From: Hydrolagus colliei
Lineage: Eukaryota
NCBI GenBank assembly: GCA_035084275.1
Contig: CM068761.1
Coordinates: 8,742,001-8,806,000, forward strand
Direction: 5' to 3'
DNA length: 64,000 nt
The position numbers and the translations under genes were made by a program. Positions 11,203 to 24,362 of the stretch are shown in pieces (the first letter of the stretch is position 1; each line of letters begins with the position of its first letter). The notes under the pieces are model-generated. The model had not been told where the DNA came from and did not search any database. It saw nothing but the letters and a program-made list of their open reading frames with translations.

Positions 11203-13265
11203 CAGTTACTGTATACAAAATTAATTCATCGTCATCCACCGTCTGCAGATTCTGGTAATGAATGAACTGCCACAGTGAAAGCAAGTACCGGTAACAGTTT
11301 CATACCTGGAATTGAAGAAGAGCTCTCTAGTGCCAGAATATTTAATTAATATGTTTAATCACAATCTTTTCAGCGGCGTCCTCCTGAAGTGAAAGGCGCT
11401 ATACCACTGTAATTTTGTTTTGTGAGTTTCTTGTATGAGATTCTCCAGCAACTTCTGTTTATGTTTCAGATTCCCAGCATCTGTAGTATATTGTAATTTC
11501 GTTTTGTTGTTTTCCTCGGTTTGTAAGCAGAGGTGATGTTTAACCGATCCTTCAGCACAGGAAAATAAACAGCAACTTTCCACAGGGTGAGTCTCCCTCG
11601 GCTCCAATAGGTGAGAGTTTCAGATCTTAGAGGGAACTGGATATTGGGGACATGTTTCTGTTCTGTAACTACTTGGATGTTTGAAGAAGTTAAACTTCCA
11701 AGAGACCTCGTAAATCTCTTCAACTGCTGCTCAGATGACGGAAGAACTCCGAGAGGTTTCTCTGAGCTTTATTTGACATCAACTTTTCATCCTCTATTTT
11801 AGGATAATTAAAATATGATAGTCGGCTTCGTGAGTGAATGTGTATTTTGGTACAATTTAGACTTGAGCAATGAACTACTGCATAATTCGCGACATTAATA
11901 ATCATCCATGTGTTATTTTTTCAGGTAGAGTTGTATTCCTGTTTCTGCTTCTTTAAATGCTTTATTTTCTCCCAATATCGTGGTTGATGTCACCGAGGAG
12001 AATACAATTGCAATTTGCAGCAGTGATTCAATAATGCCACCTGTGTTTCACCGCAAGTTGCTGTAAGTGATCGATGTGAATCAGTGAAGACACAGGCTGA
12101 GCAGCGGTTCAATCTCTCAAACCAGAAATAAAAGCACCACGAAATATAATACATATTGTAGATATTAAAGATTATTATTTCGCGTAGATATTGCAGCGAT
12201 ATTTATTGTAAATACAATACAATATATTTCATGGGCCCAATAAAACTTTGTGAATCACTATTTTAAGTTTCTAAAATTTAGTAAATGTGCGTCTCATATA
12301 TTTTGACATTTCCTTCCTACAGCATTTCAGGAAAGTGAACCCTCAGGTTTTCACTGGATTGTCCGGTTTTTATTGCCTGTTGCTGATGTCTACAAAACAT
12401 TGTGTGTCGAAACGGTGATTTATTTTGATAGGAGAGGGCGAAAACTTTATGGATTTGCAATGAACCCGATCAGGTCTAACTGCTAATCTTCAAATCGATT
12501 CGTTACCAATATCATCATTAATATTCTGGTTCTATTTATAAATAGTTGGTTGTATTTCGCAGTGTATTGAACCAGGGGTTTGTACACAAACCACTTTCCC
12601 ATTCTGGTACTTTTAATTCTCTTTCTCCCACGTTACTTCCCCCCAAATATACAATCAATTCACTTCATCGTACTTTCGCGTGAGTTGCTGTGAGACATCT
12701 TGAAAACTTGATACGGCGTTCTTGCAAATGAAAGAATTCATGTTATTATCATCGAGCTGTAAATGGTCAATGATACAGGCACTATACAATTGTAAATTGT
12801 TGTTATCTAGATCTACTTAGAGTTTGGTGAACTCCGTCACAGTTCAGCAGTAAATTAGTGGAGATTCAATCCAGTTTCGCCCCGACTGAGAATTCTGCAA
12901 ACTCTAAAATTATTCAACCTTTGACAAATATCTTCTCTAGATTGGCCATAGTTGCAAAGTGTCAGTTATTTGCAATCATGTTTGATTCTCTTTTGCGAAT
13001 GAGCTTCTTCAGAGATTCAATTAATAATCTAAACTTGTTACAGTTGGTTCAATCAAAAAAGCGCCAGAACCATATTAACTGTGTGTGACATGATATTTGA
13101 TGGTTGTGGTCATTTCTGATCAGTTAAATGTTTTCGTGAGAATCGACAGATGATATAGTAGGCTATGGGGTGTGTTGCGAGGAAAATATTTCATGTTTTG
13201 TTTTGAATTGTCGTTCGGGTCATCAAATAATGGACATTATCTGAAGATAAAATCTTTATTTCCAG

Positions 13266-13588
13266 ACCCACGGGCCCCTTCGGTGACTGTCCTTCCGCCG
13301 TCACCAGATTAAATCACAGCAAAGCGCAAGGCGACCCTGGTGTGTCTGGTGAATGATTTTACCCCGGGAGCTGTGGAGGTCAAGTGGACTGTGGATGGCA
13401 GTGCCAGAAGTGAAGGTGTTGAAACGAGTGCGATCAAGCAGGAGGTGGACAACACGTACAGTGTGAGCAGTTATCTGACTCTGCCAGCCTCCGAGTGGGA
13501 GACACACGAGCTGTATTCCTGTCTGGTCACACACGAGACTCGGGGGACTCCGCTGGAAAAACCCATCGCCAGATCCAGTTGTTCCTAA
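13266..13588 (+). pseudogene. IGL: Orphan IgL constant exon (pseudo-C) lacking leader and VJ
   Basis: Intact acceptor (tttccag, 13265) and 323-nt exon, but CAA(Gln) is TAA at 13310-13312. No leader or VJ between C1 (7771) and this exon. Confidence 0.92.
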
Positions 13589-14759
13589 TCAAGAATGTGC
13601 AGCGCTGGTCGAATGTACTATTTGCAATGTACTTTTAATGATTATTATTCTGTTTTCAAATATTTGTTGATTACGTTTGTTTTATCAAATATTTTCCCAA
13701 ATGACTAACATTGCAAGCAAAAACTTAAATTGCCAAATTCTGTAAATTTCCCGACTGAAGGGAAGGCATCCTTTAGATTTGTTTGAAGTATTTAAACTAG
13801 TAATAATGAATACACGGTTCACATCGTTTGCCTAAATCCTTAGGTTGGATTCCACATCCTTGTGTCATGTTACACAAATACCGAAAAATAATAAAAAGTC
13901 TCTGCATTCTCCTCTGTACAGTCACTCGATTTCTTCCAGATTTTCTTCACGATTGTTCAAACCAACCGATTTTTATCTTAGTTTTATTATTCGGTAAATC
14001 AACATAAGCAATGATCGTTGATGGAATTGCTTCACAGATATGTTTAAACGAGGATATGTTACACTAGAAGCAATTCGTAGCAACAAGGGAACAACAGGTT
14101 TGGTTCTCTGTTGTGGGATCCAGAGGATTTCAGCTTCAAAATCTCACCTGGTGTCAACTTGTAAGATAACTACATTTTAAACTTTGGATTATCTGGAGGG
14201 AATTCAATCTGAATTTGACTGTGTCTTTCCGTATTTATTGATTTGTTTTAAACCCAATTAAGACCCAATTCTGATGACGTTTCGCATGTTACGACAAAAC
14301 TGGTGGATATCGTCTTTCATGTTGGCTGTTCGGAAATGTTTGGTTCTAACATCCGCCTGGCAACTGTTGCTGCTTATGAACATCAGCAGGTGTCGCTGCA
14401 TCAACCGATTAAAATTGCATGTGTGTGTTCCACTAGTGTTGCAAACTACAGCATTGCTAGCATTATATACGCAATGTTGTAGGTCATTATTCAGTGCAAT
14501 ATAATATTAAAGATCGGATTATTTAAGTTGTAAATGAAGCCCAGAAACAACAGGTCTGCAGCAACATCCATATGTATAATTGTCCAAGGCCAATCCAAGC
14601 AGATTAAGTGCTTTGTGACTACATTACGGGAAAAGCGCTATACAAAACGCAAGGATTATTCTTATTATCCATACATCAGACTTAATATTTTTCTTTGAAA
14701 GAGATAAAACATTACTAGCGTTACATACGCAATTTTGATAATAAATTACGAATAATGTA

Positions 14760-15075
14760 GTAGTAGTTTATTTGGTGGACTCCTGTAACTTGACCTACAT
14801 GTGAGATACACGGATTTAATTCCAGCCAGGGTGAAACATTAGGCCTGTTTCCTGAACTCAGCCGACAACAAATAATCCATCCAAAGAGTAAAAATAAATA
14901 ATAATAAGAAATCAGTCATTTCAATCCATAACTATTTGTGGGAATCTGCTGTGCACAATTAGCTGCCGTGTTGCGCCACAAAATATACAGACAATTCACT
15001 TTACAGTGTAGTCTGTGAAATACATTGAGCCATCTAGCATACATGAACAGCGGTAGATGAAATACAAATATTTAT
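14760..15075 (+). mobile_element. Short Deu-type SINE, paralogous to 37525-37830
   Basis: tttgtgggaatctgctgtgcacaattagctgccgtg core with a degenerate tRNA-like head. Confidence 0.6.
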
Positions 15076-15639
15076 TTTACTATTGTTACTATTTTGCGAG
15101 AATATAAATATAAATCCATTATATCCCGCAACGCATTTTGAATGACGCCCACAGAGGAAGTTTGTCAATCAACTAGAATGTTGGCTAATCCCACACCTTG
15201 GCTAAATGCCAAAGACAAGTTTTTGTCATTCTTACTCTAACCAATTAGAAAGGCCACAAACACTAATTGGAATGTTTAACTTCACGAGCAGATATATATC
15301 AATGAAACTTAACCAATTTATGTATGGTTTAATCTTGAACATCTTACTTTCTTGGAAATAATCACATGGTATTGATATAGAAATACATCAACACATGGAG
15401 CATGCTAATGTATCCATTCAAATTAAACTTTGATGTGTAAATAGTTTAGCAGATTAGCACATTAATCTTAATGAAGATCTGAACATTGAAAGTAATAAAG
15501 ACCATAAACTGCCATCGTGGCAGGAAGGCATGGTGTGTTTGGGGATGGGGAAGAGATGTAAGGGAGGACAATGTAGCCAAATGGATATTTACGATTTTTG
15601 AGCTGAAGAAGTCTAGGACTTTTTCGTACTTTTAAATGT

Positions 15640-17000
15640 GATTTATCAGCATTTGCCGGTGGACCGTGAGGCCAGATTTGAGCCAGGTGCGTTCAACTGC
15701 TCTCGCTTGGCTTTTGAGGGAACGGAGGTGAGTTGTGTACCACGGTGATGATCGGGAATGGGAGACGGTTTTGGAGGTGAAGGGGGCCAGGGTGTCGACG
15801 GTAGTGGAGAGGGTATTGTGGAGGGCGGTGGAGGCGGAGGATGGGTGGGTGCAAATGAAGTGCCATTGTGGGTAGAGATCGTAGGTTTCTAGGGCAGAGG
15901 TGAAACTTTGAGGGGGAATCTTCTTCCAGGGCCGGTAGAAGATGGTGGTCGGTTTGGAGGTGGAGGGGGGAGGGATAGAGGTGTTGCAGGAAATGAAAGA
16001 ATGGTCGGAAATCGCCTTGTCTGTGATGGTGACGCCAGAGACGTTGAGGCCTCGGGTGATCACCAGATCGAGCGGATGGCCGTTGGGTGTGGATGGCAGT
16101 GTTAATATGAAGGGAGAAGTTGAAAGACGAAAGTAAAGAGGAAAATTCAAAGGAAATGGGGCAGGAGGGGGTGAAATGGAGGTTGAAATCGCCAAGAATA
16201 ATAAGGCGATCAGAGGAGGCGCAAAGGGAGGTTAAAAGTGAAGAAAAATCTGAAATGAAAGTGGGGGAGGGTTTGGGGGGGCGATAAACTATAAAATTTT
16301 GAAAGAATGGTGGGAGGAGTGAGAAAGGGTGAGCTGTTCAAAAGAGGGGAAGGAGCCGGAGGAGTAGGGGGATACGGCGAGGGATGACTTTGAAATGAGG
16401 GCCACGCCACCGCCACGACAGTTGGATCGAGGAGCACGGTGGAATGTATAGTTGGGTGGTGTGGCTTCAACAAGGGGGAAAGTGTCGCCTGGGGTCATGC
16501 AAGTCTCCGTCAGGGCCATCATGTCAACGTTCTCATCAAGGACGAGATCGTTGATGGCCAGGGTCTTGTTGCACACAGAGCGGACATTTTGGGGGCCGAT
16601 GCGGAAACAGCCGAGGGGTGTGAGGGGGGGACTGGGATGGTCGGTGGGGAAGGTGGGGATCTGAATAAGGGAAGAGAGGTTAACCCCCCGGGTTTGTGTC
16701 CGGTGGGGCTGGTGGTGATGGTGGGGTACAGGGCACTTGGTGTGGCTGCTATTGGACAACCAACGCCGAGTGCCACGGTAAGCCCGACGGAGGATTCCAA
16801 TACTGGAACAGAGGGAAGCGGTGGGAGGGTCGAGCAGGGACAGTAGGCGAGGGGGGCTAAGAGAAAGAAGGGTAAAGAAGGAATAAGGAAGAGGGGGGGT
16901 TGGGGGGAAAAACTTGAGGAGGGGGAGGGAAGCTCGGGTCATGGCGGCAGCCATATTGCGCACGTGGGAGACCAGGAGCGAGGGTCAATGGGGCGGCATC
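15640..17000 (-). mobile_element. L2-clade LINE, apurinic endonuclease region, degenerate
   Basis: Translations QNVRSVCNK, DMMALTETCM, RGGGVALI, GHPLDLVITRG and ISDHSFI are APE endonuclease motifs (ORFs 16289-16963 and 15632-16195). Confidence 0.8.
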
Positions 17001-17913
17001 ATCCCAAGGCATGTGAGGCCGCGGCTGGGGGATGCAGAGGCGCTGCAGTCTGGAGCCTGGCCAGGGCTGAGACCGAGGCTGGGGTTGTGGTTAGGGAAGG
17101 TGGTAGACAAAAATAATTTTCAGTGGCAGAGAGGGATGGCAGAGAGTGAGGTGCTCAAAAGAGTGCAAGCAGCCAGAGGAATAGCAGAAAGTCCAAGTGA
17201 AGCTTTGGATATGGATATGATATCAGGGCGATGCTCAAGTCGGGGCAGCAGCCAAAACGTGCATGCAGAGCCGGGAAGCAAGCAATCAGTGGGATGGCAT
17301 CAGCATGCATGGTACGTGGTCATGGCTAAGATGTGAGTGACAAGGTCTGCCATGACATTTTCTCCTTACCCACTTTCACTACATAATAGTTTTAGCTGCC
17401 ACGTTTTGCCCACAAATCTCGTGAATTCACTGTATATATGTGGGAGACAACACACTGTCCTTCTGTAGGTTGAATAACATAAACCTGTTTCCTATTCTAT
17501 ATCGCATCATCTAATAGGTGTCAGGAACATGTCCAGAACATCAGAACAAAACGCAAATTACTGAAGCTGCAGCTGCTGAAAGCGAAACGGCAGACGCTGG
17601 GAACACTTTGCTGATCAGGTAGCATCTATGGAGAAAATAAAATGCGTCATTGTTTCGGGTGCATGACCCTTCATCAGTCCCCAACTCAGAACTCTGTGAT
17701 CCCAGCGATGTCTGTCTGTCTTCCAGAAGATCGGAATTGCGTATTTATGATTTGATACCATCGCACCTCTGTTACCTAGGAGGAAATATGACTTACAGCT
17801 GTTAATGTTTCATCTGAAAAAACTAATGTGTCACAGTGCATAGCGGTAATGGGCAGGACATTGCAATTCATTGTTGTTTACTTAAGCATGCTGAGGGGAA
17901 CATTCATTAAAAG

Positions 17914-18790
17914 ATAAGAACATAAGCATTAGGAGCAGGAGTAAGCCATTTAGCCCTTCGAGTCTGTTCCGCCATTCAATAAGATCATGGCTGATCGTCT
18001 CATCTATCTCTGATTACCTGCCCTATCCCCATACCCCTAATCTCCCTATTTTTCAAAAATCTATCAGTCTCAGCCTTGAAAATGTTCAACGACTGAGCAT
18101 CTATAACCATATGGGGTAATGAATTCCATAAATTCACTGCCCTCTGAGTGAAGAAATGTTTCCTCAACTCTCTTCTGAAAGGGTGACCCTTAATTTTAAG
18201 ACTGTGAAACCTGGCTATAGATTCTCCTACAAGGGGAAACAATCCCTCACTGTCTACTTTATCTTGCCCTTTAAGAATCTTATATGTTTCAATAAGATCC
18301 CCTCTAATTCTTCTGTACTCTGGAAAATACAGCCCTGGTTTATTCAACCTATCCTTATAGTCCCCTCAGTCCCCTCATCCCAGGAACTAACCTAGTGAAT
18401 CTACACTGCACCCCCTCTAAGGCAAGTATGTCATTTTTTAAATACGGAGACCAAAACTGTATATAATACTCTATGTGGAGTATCACCAAAACACTGCACA
18501 GTTGCAGCAAGACTTACCTACTCTTGCACTCTAAACCTTTTGAAATGAACGCTAGCCTTCTTAGTTGCTTAGTCGCCTTCTTAGTTGCTTCCTGCGCCTG
18601 CAAACTAACTTTTTGGGACTCGTTTACAAGGACACCCAAATTCCTTTGAACACTAATACTATCTAACTTCTCCCCATGTAGAAAATAATCTATTGTTTAA
18701 TCTTGCTACCTAGGTGAATAATGTCACACTTGCTGACATTGAATTCCATCTGCCACCTACTTGCCCACTCCCCTAGCCCATCTATATCTC
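17914..18790 (-). mobile_element. CR1 LINE 3' fragment
   Basis: ORF 18000-18347 has RRIRGDLIETYKIL...FFTQRAVNLWNSLP; tail ataagaacataag at about 17914. Confidence 0.85.
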
Positions 18791-19982
18791 CTGTAGCCTA
18801 TCTATACCAAGATATTGATAGTGAGGTCGGATCAGAGGTTGTGGAGGGCAGGGCATATTGGGATTGAAGCGTTTTACGATGCGTATAGAAGAAATCAAGG
18901 GAGGGAGTGAACAGAGGTAGGAAGGAACAAGGCCGTAGGGAACTTTGAAGTCGACGTTGAGAATTTTTGACTTTTGCCTCTGTGAGATGTGGAGCAAATG
19001 TTGAGGAAATGGAGCGGAGCGATGGTGGGGGTTAACAGGTTCATCCAGAGAAAAATATCCCGCATGCAGGAAGGCAAAGTAGGAGTCAAGAAAATCCCAG
19101 TATGAGAGTAGGATCGGACCTGAAAACTGTGCGATGGTAACTTGGACAGTTCATATTGTGAAATATCTATAAACCGTACCCATATTTTGAAGGTGGTGGG
19201 CGTCGCTTGAAAAGTGTGGCTTTCTGTGCGGATCTGCAGCAGATCAAATGTAGCAAGTCAGTCTGCCAACTGTAACTGCAAATGTTCTTTGTCCCTCGCT
19301 TATCCGGTTATTAGCCAACCGAGGGTTATCAAAAAACAGCCGGGCTTATTCTGCTGATTGGCCAGAAGTCGACAAAATGCAGAAACAATTATCCCACATC
19401 AGAAAAAACTCCCCAACATTGACATTCCCTGTGAACTTGGGCAAGTGGTCTTCCGGGATTCACACACTGAAAAGCACACTGTTAATATTTAATGGGATCC
19501 AGCATTTCCAGGGTCCTGTAAATAATTGTTTGTTGTGTGAATACTATTAATGGTAATAATCCTTGCCTATGATAAGGTGCGTTACAATGTCTTCTGGACG
19601 TTTCAAAGCTGTCAATTGAACTCTTGTACATTTTCTGGGCGACTCAAGGCAGCCGATGTCACTCTGCAGAGTCCTAGATACAATGTTGGATAGAGAAACT
19701 ACAGTATATTTTGAAAATTTGACAACTTTATAACCTGCCAGTGATTCCGCCCAGATCCTATGCTTCCGAGACTACTCCTCTAACAACTTTGCTGGAGGAC
19801 GCCATGTACCTTCAGTTTACATTAAATACTTTGTTTCTTACTGGAAATAAAATGATTTGATCAATCAAACTCTTCAGGGAGAAACGTTATATAATATTAT
19901 CATGCAATATCTTTTGAAATATGGGCATTAAAATGCCTGAAATCTGCATGATATTCCGTTTACTGCTGAGAGCAAGTTTACT

Positions 19983-20048
19983 ATTGGACAATGCAACCCG
20001 GGGGATGATTTGCATAATCTATCAATTCAACTAAATTTGCATCACCTG
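19983..20048 (+). promoter_or_regulatory. IgL cluster 2 promoter: ATTGG 19983-19987, octamers ATTTGCAT 20008-20015 and 20035-20042, E-box 20043-20048
   Basis: Two perfect octamers starting 27 bp apart, upstream of ATG 20143. Confidence 0.87.
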
Positions 20049-20142
20049 ATGGTTCTTAAGGAGAAGTTTGGATCAAACACTGATGTGGCTTTTGTCTGGA
20101 AAATCCCTCATCTCTCTTCAGATCTTCGTCAAACTGTTCACA

Positions 20143-20191
20143 ATGGGCGATTGGCTCCGAGTTCTGGCCGCTTTGCTCCTTTGTCTACATG
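20143..20191 (+). CDS. IGL: IgL cluster 2, leader exon (MGDWLRVLAALLLCLH-G)
   Basis: ATG 20143; donor GTAAG at 20192. Confidence 0.93.
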
Positions 20192-20247
20192 GTAAGCGCT
20201 GCGGAATCCGCACTGATCTCAATTAGCTTCACTTTGTACAGTTAGTT

Positions 20248-20295
20248 CTACAGTGTGACCTATCTACAGTGTGACTTATCTACAGTGTGACTTAT
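20248..20295 (+). repeat. 16-bp leader-intron repeat x3
   Basis: CTACAGTGTGAC(C/T)TAT units at 20248, 20264 and 20280. Confidence 0.9.
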
Positions 20296-20317
20296 CTGTG
20301 ACTTGTTATTTCTCCAG

Positions 20318-20665
20318 GAACAACCGCAGCTGTTACCCTGACTCAGCCACCGTCCATCTCAACCTCCCCGGGAAACACCGTCAAGATCACCTGTACCATG
20401 TCCGGAGGCAGCATCGGCAGCTACTACACGAGCTGGTACCAGCAGAAGCCTGGCAGCGCCCCTGTGCTTGTTTGGCGTGATTATGACTCCACCAGAGGTC
20501 AGGGGATTCCTGATCGATTCACTGGTTCTACGGGATCATCGGACATGCATTTGACCATCAGGGGTCTGCAGCCGGAGGACGCGGCTGATTATTACTGTGG
20601 TGCTGGTTTGCGCAGCAGTCCGTATACCTTCGTGTTCGGTAAAGGGACCAAACTGAATTTGAAAA
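20318..20665 (+). CDS. IGL: IgL cluster 2, germline-joined VJ exon
   Basis: Acceptor at 20317. Open frame ...[25 protein letters not shown]; donor GTAAGT at 20666; no RSS. Confidence 0.95.
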
Positions 20666-23414
20666 GTAAGTGATTTTTGCGATTCTACATTGACTGTGAA
20701 GTGGGGAGTCTCGGGTTTACAATAATTATTTTGACCTGGTTCTTTGTGATTCATTTTACAATATAAATGTTTAGCTGCCTTACCCTCGCTCTGTGTTTAA
20801 TTCTGTTATACAATATTCCTGTTATGTTTGCATTGAGCAGTAATCTTCGGAATGGTAAGTGATTTATTTACGTGGTATTCGGATATTCTGAATTCAGAAA
20901 CACGTGAACCCTGAGTTTCATTAAGAATCTCTAAAGAATTAAGGATATTGCAGGAAACAAGCAATGGCAAAATAACAGCAATAAAATTGTATTTATAGAG
21001 TGCATTTCACATCGAGAGGAATTCCAAAGGCGCCTAGCAGACAGGGGTCAGGACACCAGAATGTGGGGGAGGGGGGGAATAGTGTGTGGGGTGTTGGCTG
21101 GGTGCGGTGTGGGGAGAGCAGGGATGAGGGAGAGCAGAGGTGTAAGACTGAGGCTGATGGTTTAGTCGAGGAGCAGCATCATCAGTTTGAATTTGAAGGA
21201 GGCAAGATAGGAAGCCAGGCGAAGTAATTCTGGGCAAAAAAACGTAGACGAATGAATTAATCAAGAGCACAACAACTACAAAATTACATTTCTATGGCGC
21301 ATGTCGCGTCGAGCGCGGAGCATAATGGTGGTTAAATTTACTTTAACATTGTGTCTATTGAAGGACTGAATATATAAGATTCAATAATCCACCGTCTGGA
21401 GATTCTTGTAATGAATGAACTGCTCCAGTGAAACCAGGTAACAGTTTCACGTCTGGAATCGAGCTTTCGAGTGCCAGATTAATGAATTCATATGTTTAAT
21501 CACCCCGGTTTGTAAGCATGAGGTCATGTATAGCCAAACATCTATTAAACAAGTAACTACTTTTGATGCTTGAAGCATTTAAACTTCCAAGTGACCTAGT
21601 AACTCTCTTCAACTGCTGGTCAGATGACAGAACAACTCTGATAGGTTTCTTTTAGTATTATTTGACATTAGCTTATCCTCCATTATTTTGGGATGATCAA
21701 AATGTTATAGTCGGCTTAGTAGCTTGTATCTTGGTGTAATGTAGACTCGTGCAATGAACCACTGTGTTATTCCCACCATTAATAGTCGTCCATGTGTTAT
21801 TTTTTCAGGTAGAGCTTTATTCCTATTTCTGCTTCTTTAAAATGTTTTATTTGCTCCCAATACCGTGGTTGATGTCACTGAGGGATTCACCATTGCAATT
21901 GGCAACAGAGACTAAGTCACGTCAAATTTGTTTCAGCATACATTGCTGTAAATCAATCTGAATCAGCGCAAAGTGAAGATACAGGCTGAGCAGCGGGTCA
22001 ATCTGTTCAAAACAGAAATAAAGCACTAAGAAATATAAAACATATTGTGGATATTGAAGATGTTTATTTCCCATAGACAGTGCCGCGATATTGATTATAA
22101 ACACAATGCACAATAGAGAGCACAATAAAGAGACCAATACAACTTTGTGAAATTGGCAATCACTTTCTTCAGCTGCTAAAATTTAGTCAGTGTGCTTCTC
22201 AACTGCTCCATATTATGACTTTTCCTTCATACAGCATTTGAGTAAAGTGAACCATATGGTTTTTACCCCGAATTTTCACGTTTGTTTAATCATCTGTAGC
22301 CGTAAAACATTAAGGGTCGAAACGGTGATTTTGTTTGAGAAGAGAGGATGCAGGAATTTGCGGATTTAGAATGATCCCGATCCAATGTCACTGCTAAGCT
22401 GGCGTCTTCAAACCGACTAGTTACAAATATGATTGTTGTTATTGTGGTTGTATTTATAAATAGCTGGTTGCATTTCGTGGTGTATTGAATCAGGGCTTTA
22501 TGCACAAACTGTTTTCCGATACTGTTACTTTTAATTCTCTTTCTCCCGCGTTTGTTCCCCAAAATATACAATCAATTCACTTCACATTGTGTGAATTGCT
22601 GTGAGACGTCTCGAAGTCTTGTTCTAAAAATGAAAGGATTATCGTCATTATCATCGAGCTGTAAATGGTCAATGTGAAAGGCACCTTACATTTGTAAATT
22701 ATTGTGATGTAGAGCTATTTGGTGTTTGCTGCAGTCCGTCACAGCTCAGCCTTACGGTAATAGGAAATTTAATCCAGATTCCTACGGACAAACAATTCTT
22801 TAAACTCACAAAGCTATTCAAAGGTTGACACATTTCTTCCGATAAGCCATAGTTGCAAAGGATTCATTTTTGCTTCTTCGCTTTGAATGAGCTTCGTCAG
22901 AAATACCATTAATAATCAAAACGTTTTCCTGCCCTTTCAATCAATATGACGCCCAGATCATATTTCCTGTGACACAGTTAATGTTTGGTGTCGATTCTGA
23001 CGATGGCAGTCTTTATTTGTTAAATGCGTTTGTGAGAATCTACAGATGATATAATAAACTAGTGTGTGTTTGGTGAGAAACACAGGTGAGCATTTAACCT
23101 CATGCTCCTTAAAGTCTCTTCACATTGGTTTGATATCTTTATAGCAGGACAGAGTCACTGTTAAATATTTTCGGCAACAGACAAGAAAACGTGGGTAAAT
23201 GTGTTATTAAGTAGTAATGATGTGATTTGTTTTGTAGATCGGTTGAACGAGGGTATTATGAGTAAAACCTTTTGCTAAACACTCTAAAACGGCGTTTGGC
23301 ACGGAGAGCGCTATATAAATCCCATTTGTTGCTTTCATAGCTATTTCATTTTCAACTGTCTTTCGGATTATCGAATAATGGACATTATCTGAATATACAA
23401 TCCTTTAATTCCAG

Positions 23415-23737
23415 ACCCACGGGCCCCTTCGGTGACTGTCCTTCCGCCGTCACCAGATCAAATCACAGCAAAGAGCAAGGCGACCCTGGTGTGTCTGGTG
23501 AATGATTTTAACCCGGGAGCTGTGGAGGTCAAGTGGACTGTGGATGGCAGTGCCAGAAGTGAAGGTGTTGAAACGAGTGCGATCAAGCAGGAGGTGGACA
23601 ACACGTACAGTGTGAGCAGTTATCTGACTCTGCCAGCCTCCGAGTGGGAGTCACACGAGCTGTATTCCTGTCTGGTCAAACACGAGACTCGGGGGACTCC
23701 GCTGGAAAAAACCATCGCCAGATCCAGTTGTTCCTAA
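23415..23737 (+). CDS. IGL: IgL cluster 2, constant exon
   Basis: Acceptor attccag at 23414; 323-nt open C1-set domain ending SSCS*. Spliced product is 239 aa. Confidence 0.95.
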
Positions 23738-24036
23738 TCAGGAATGTGCGGCGCTGGTCGAATCTACTAATTGCAATCTACCTTTAATAATTGTGTTTTG
23801 AACTATTTTGATGATTATGTTTATTTTGACAAACATTTTCCCAAATGACAAACATTTAAGCGCAAACTGCCAAATAACCAAATTCGGTATATTTCCCCAA
23901 AGAAGGGAAGGATCACTTTAGATTTGTTTCATGTATTTAAACTGGTAACAAGGAATACACAGTTCACATCGTTTGCTGGAATCCTCAGGTTAAATTTTAC
24001 ATCGTGTTCTCCTTATTTACACAAACATCGAACAAT

Positions 24037-24042
24037 AATAAA
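24037..24042 (+). terminator. Probable polyadenylation signal AATAAA for cluster 2 (paralogous AATAAA at 13890, 36639 and 50662)
   Basis: AATAAA at a homologous position 3' of four C exons; cluster 1 has CATAAA at 7961. Confidence 0.55.
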
Positions 24043-24362
24043 ATATCTCTGCATTGTCCTCTGTGCTGTCATTCGTTTTGTTACAATTTTCTTTCCGATT
24101 AGTCAAACCATCAGATTTTCATTTTAGTTGCATAATTCAGAAAAAAAACTTACTTAAAACAGCGACCGTTTGCTGGTTTGGTTTACAGATTTGTTGCCTT
24201 ACGGGCAGAACTATTACACTAATAGTAATTCATAGCAATGAGGGGGCAGAAGTGGAACATTCTCCCGCAACATGTTTATTATCTATTGTGTGCTCCTGGG
24301 GCTTCCAGGCTCAACATCTCACCGGGTATCAGCCTGAAGGATAATTTGGTCTTAAACTTTAA

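Noticed and set aside
11271-11277. Perfect RSS heptamer CACAGTG in the orphan intron, 69 bp from the transposon end, as a possible RAG cause of the deletion
   Set aside because: No nonamer at 12 or 23 bp; not conserved in paralogous introns (CTCCAGTG, TACAGTG); the breakpoint coincides with the TIR, not the heptamer.
13340-13588. 82-aa ORF in the pseudo-C as a functional truncated protein, or as an alternative C for VJ1
   Set aside because: Starts at a non-ATG codon inside the exon; splicing from any VJ would meet TAA at 13310.
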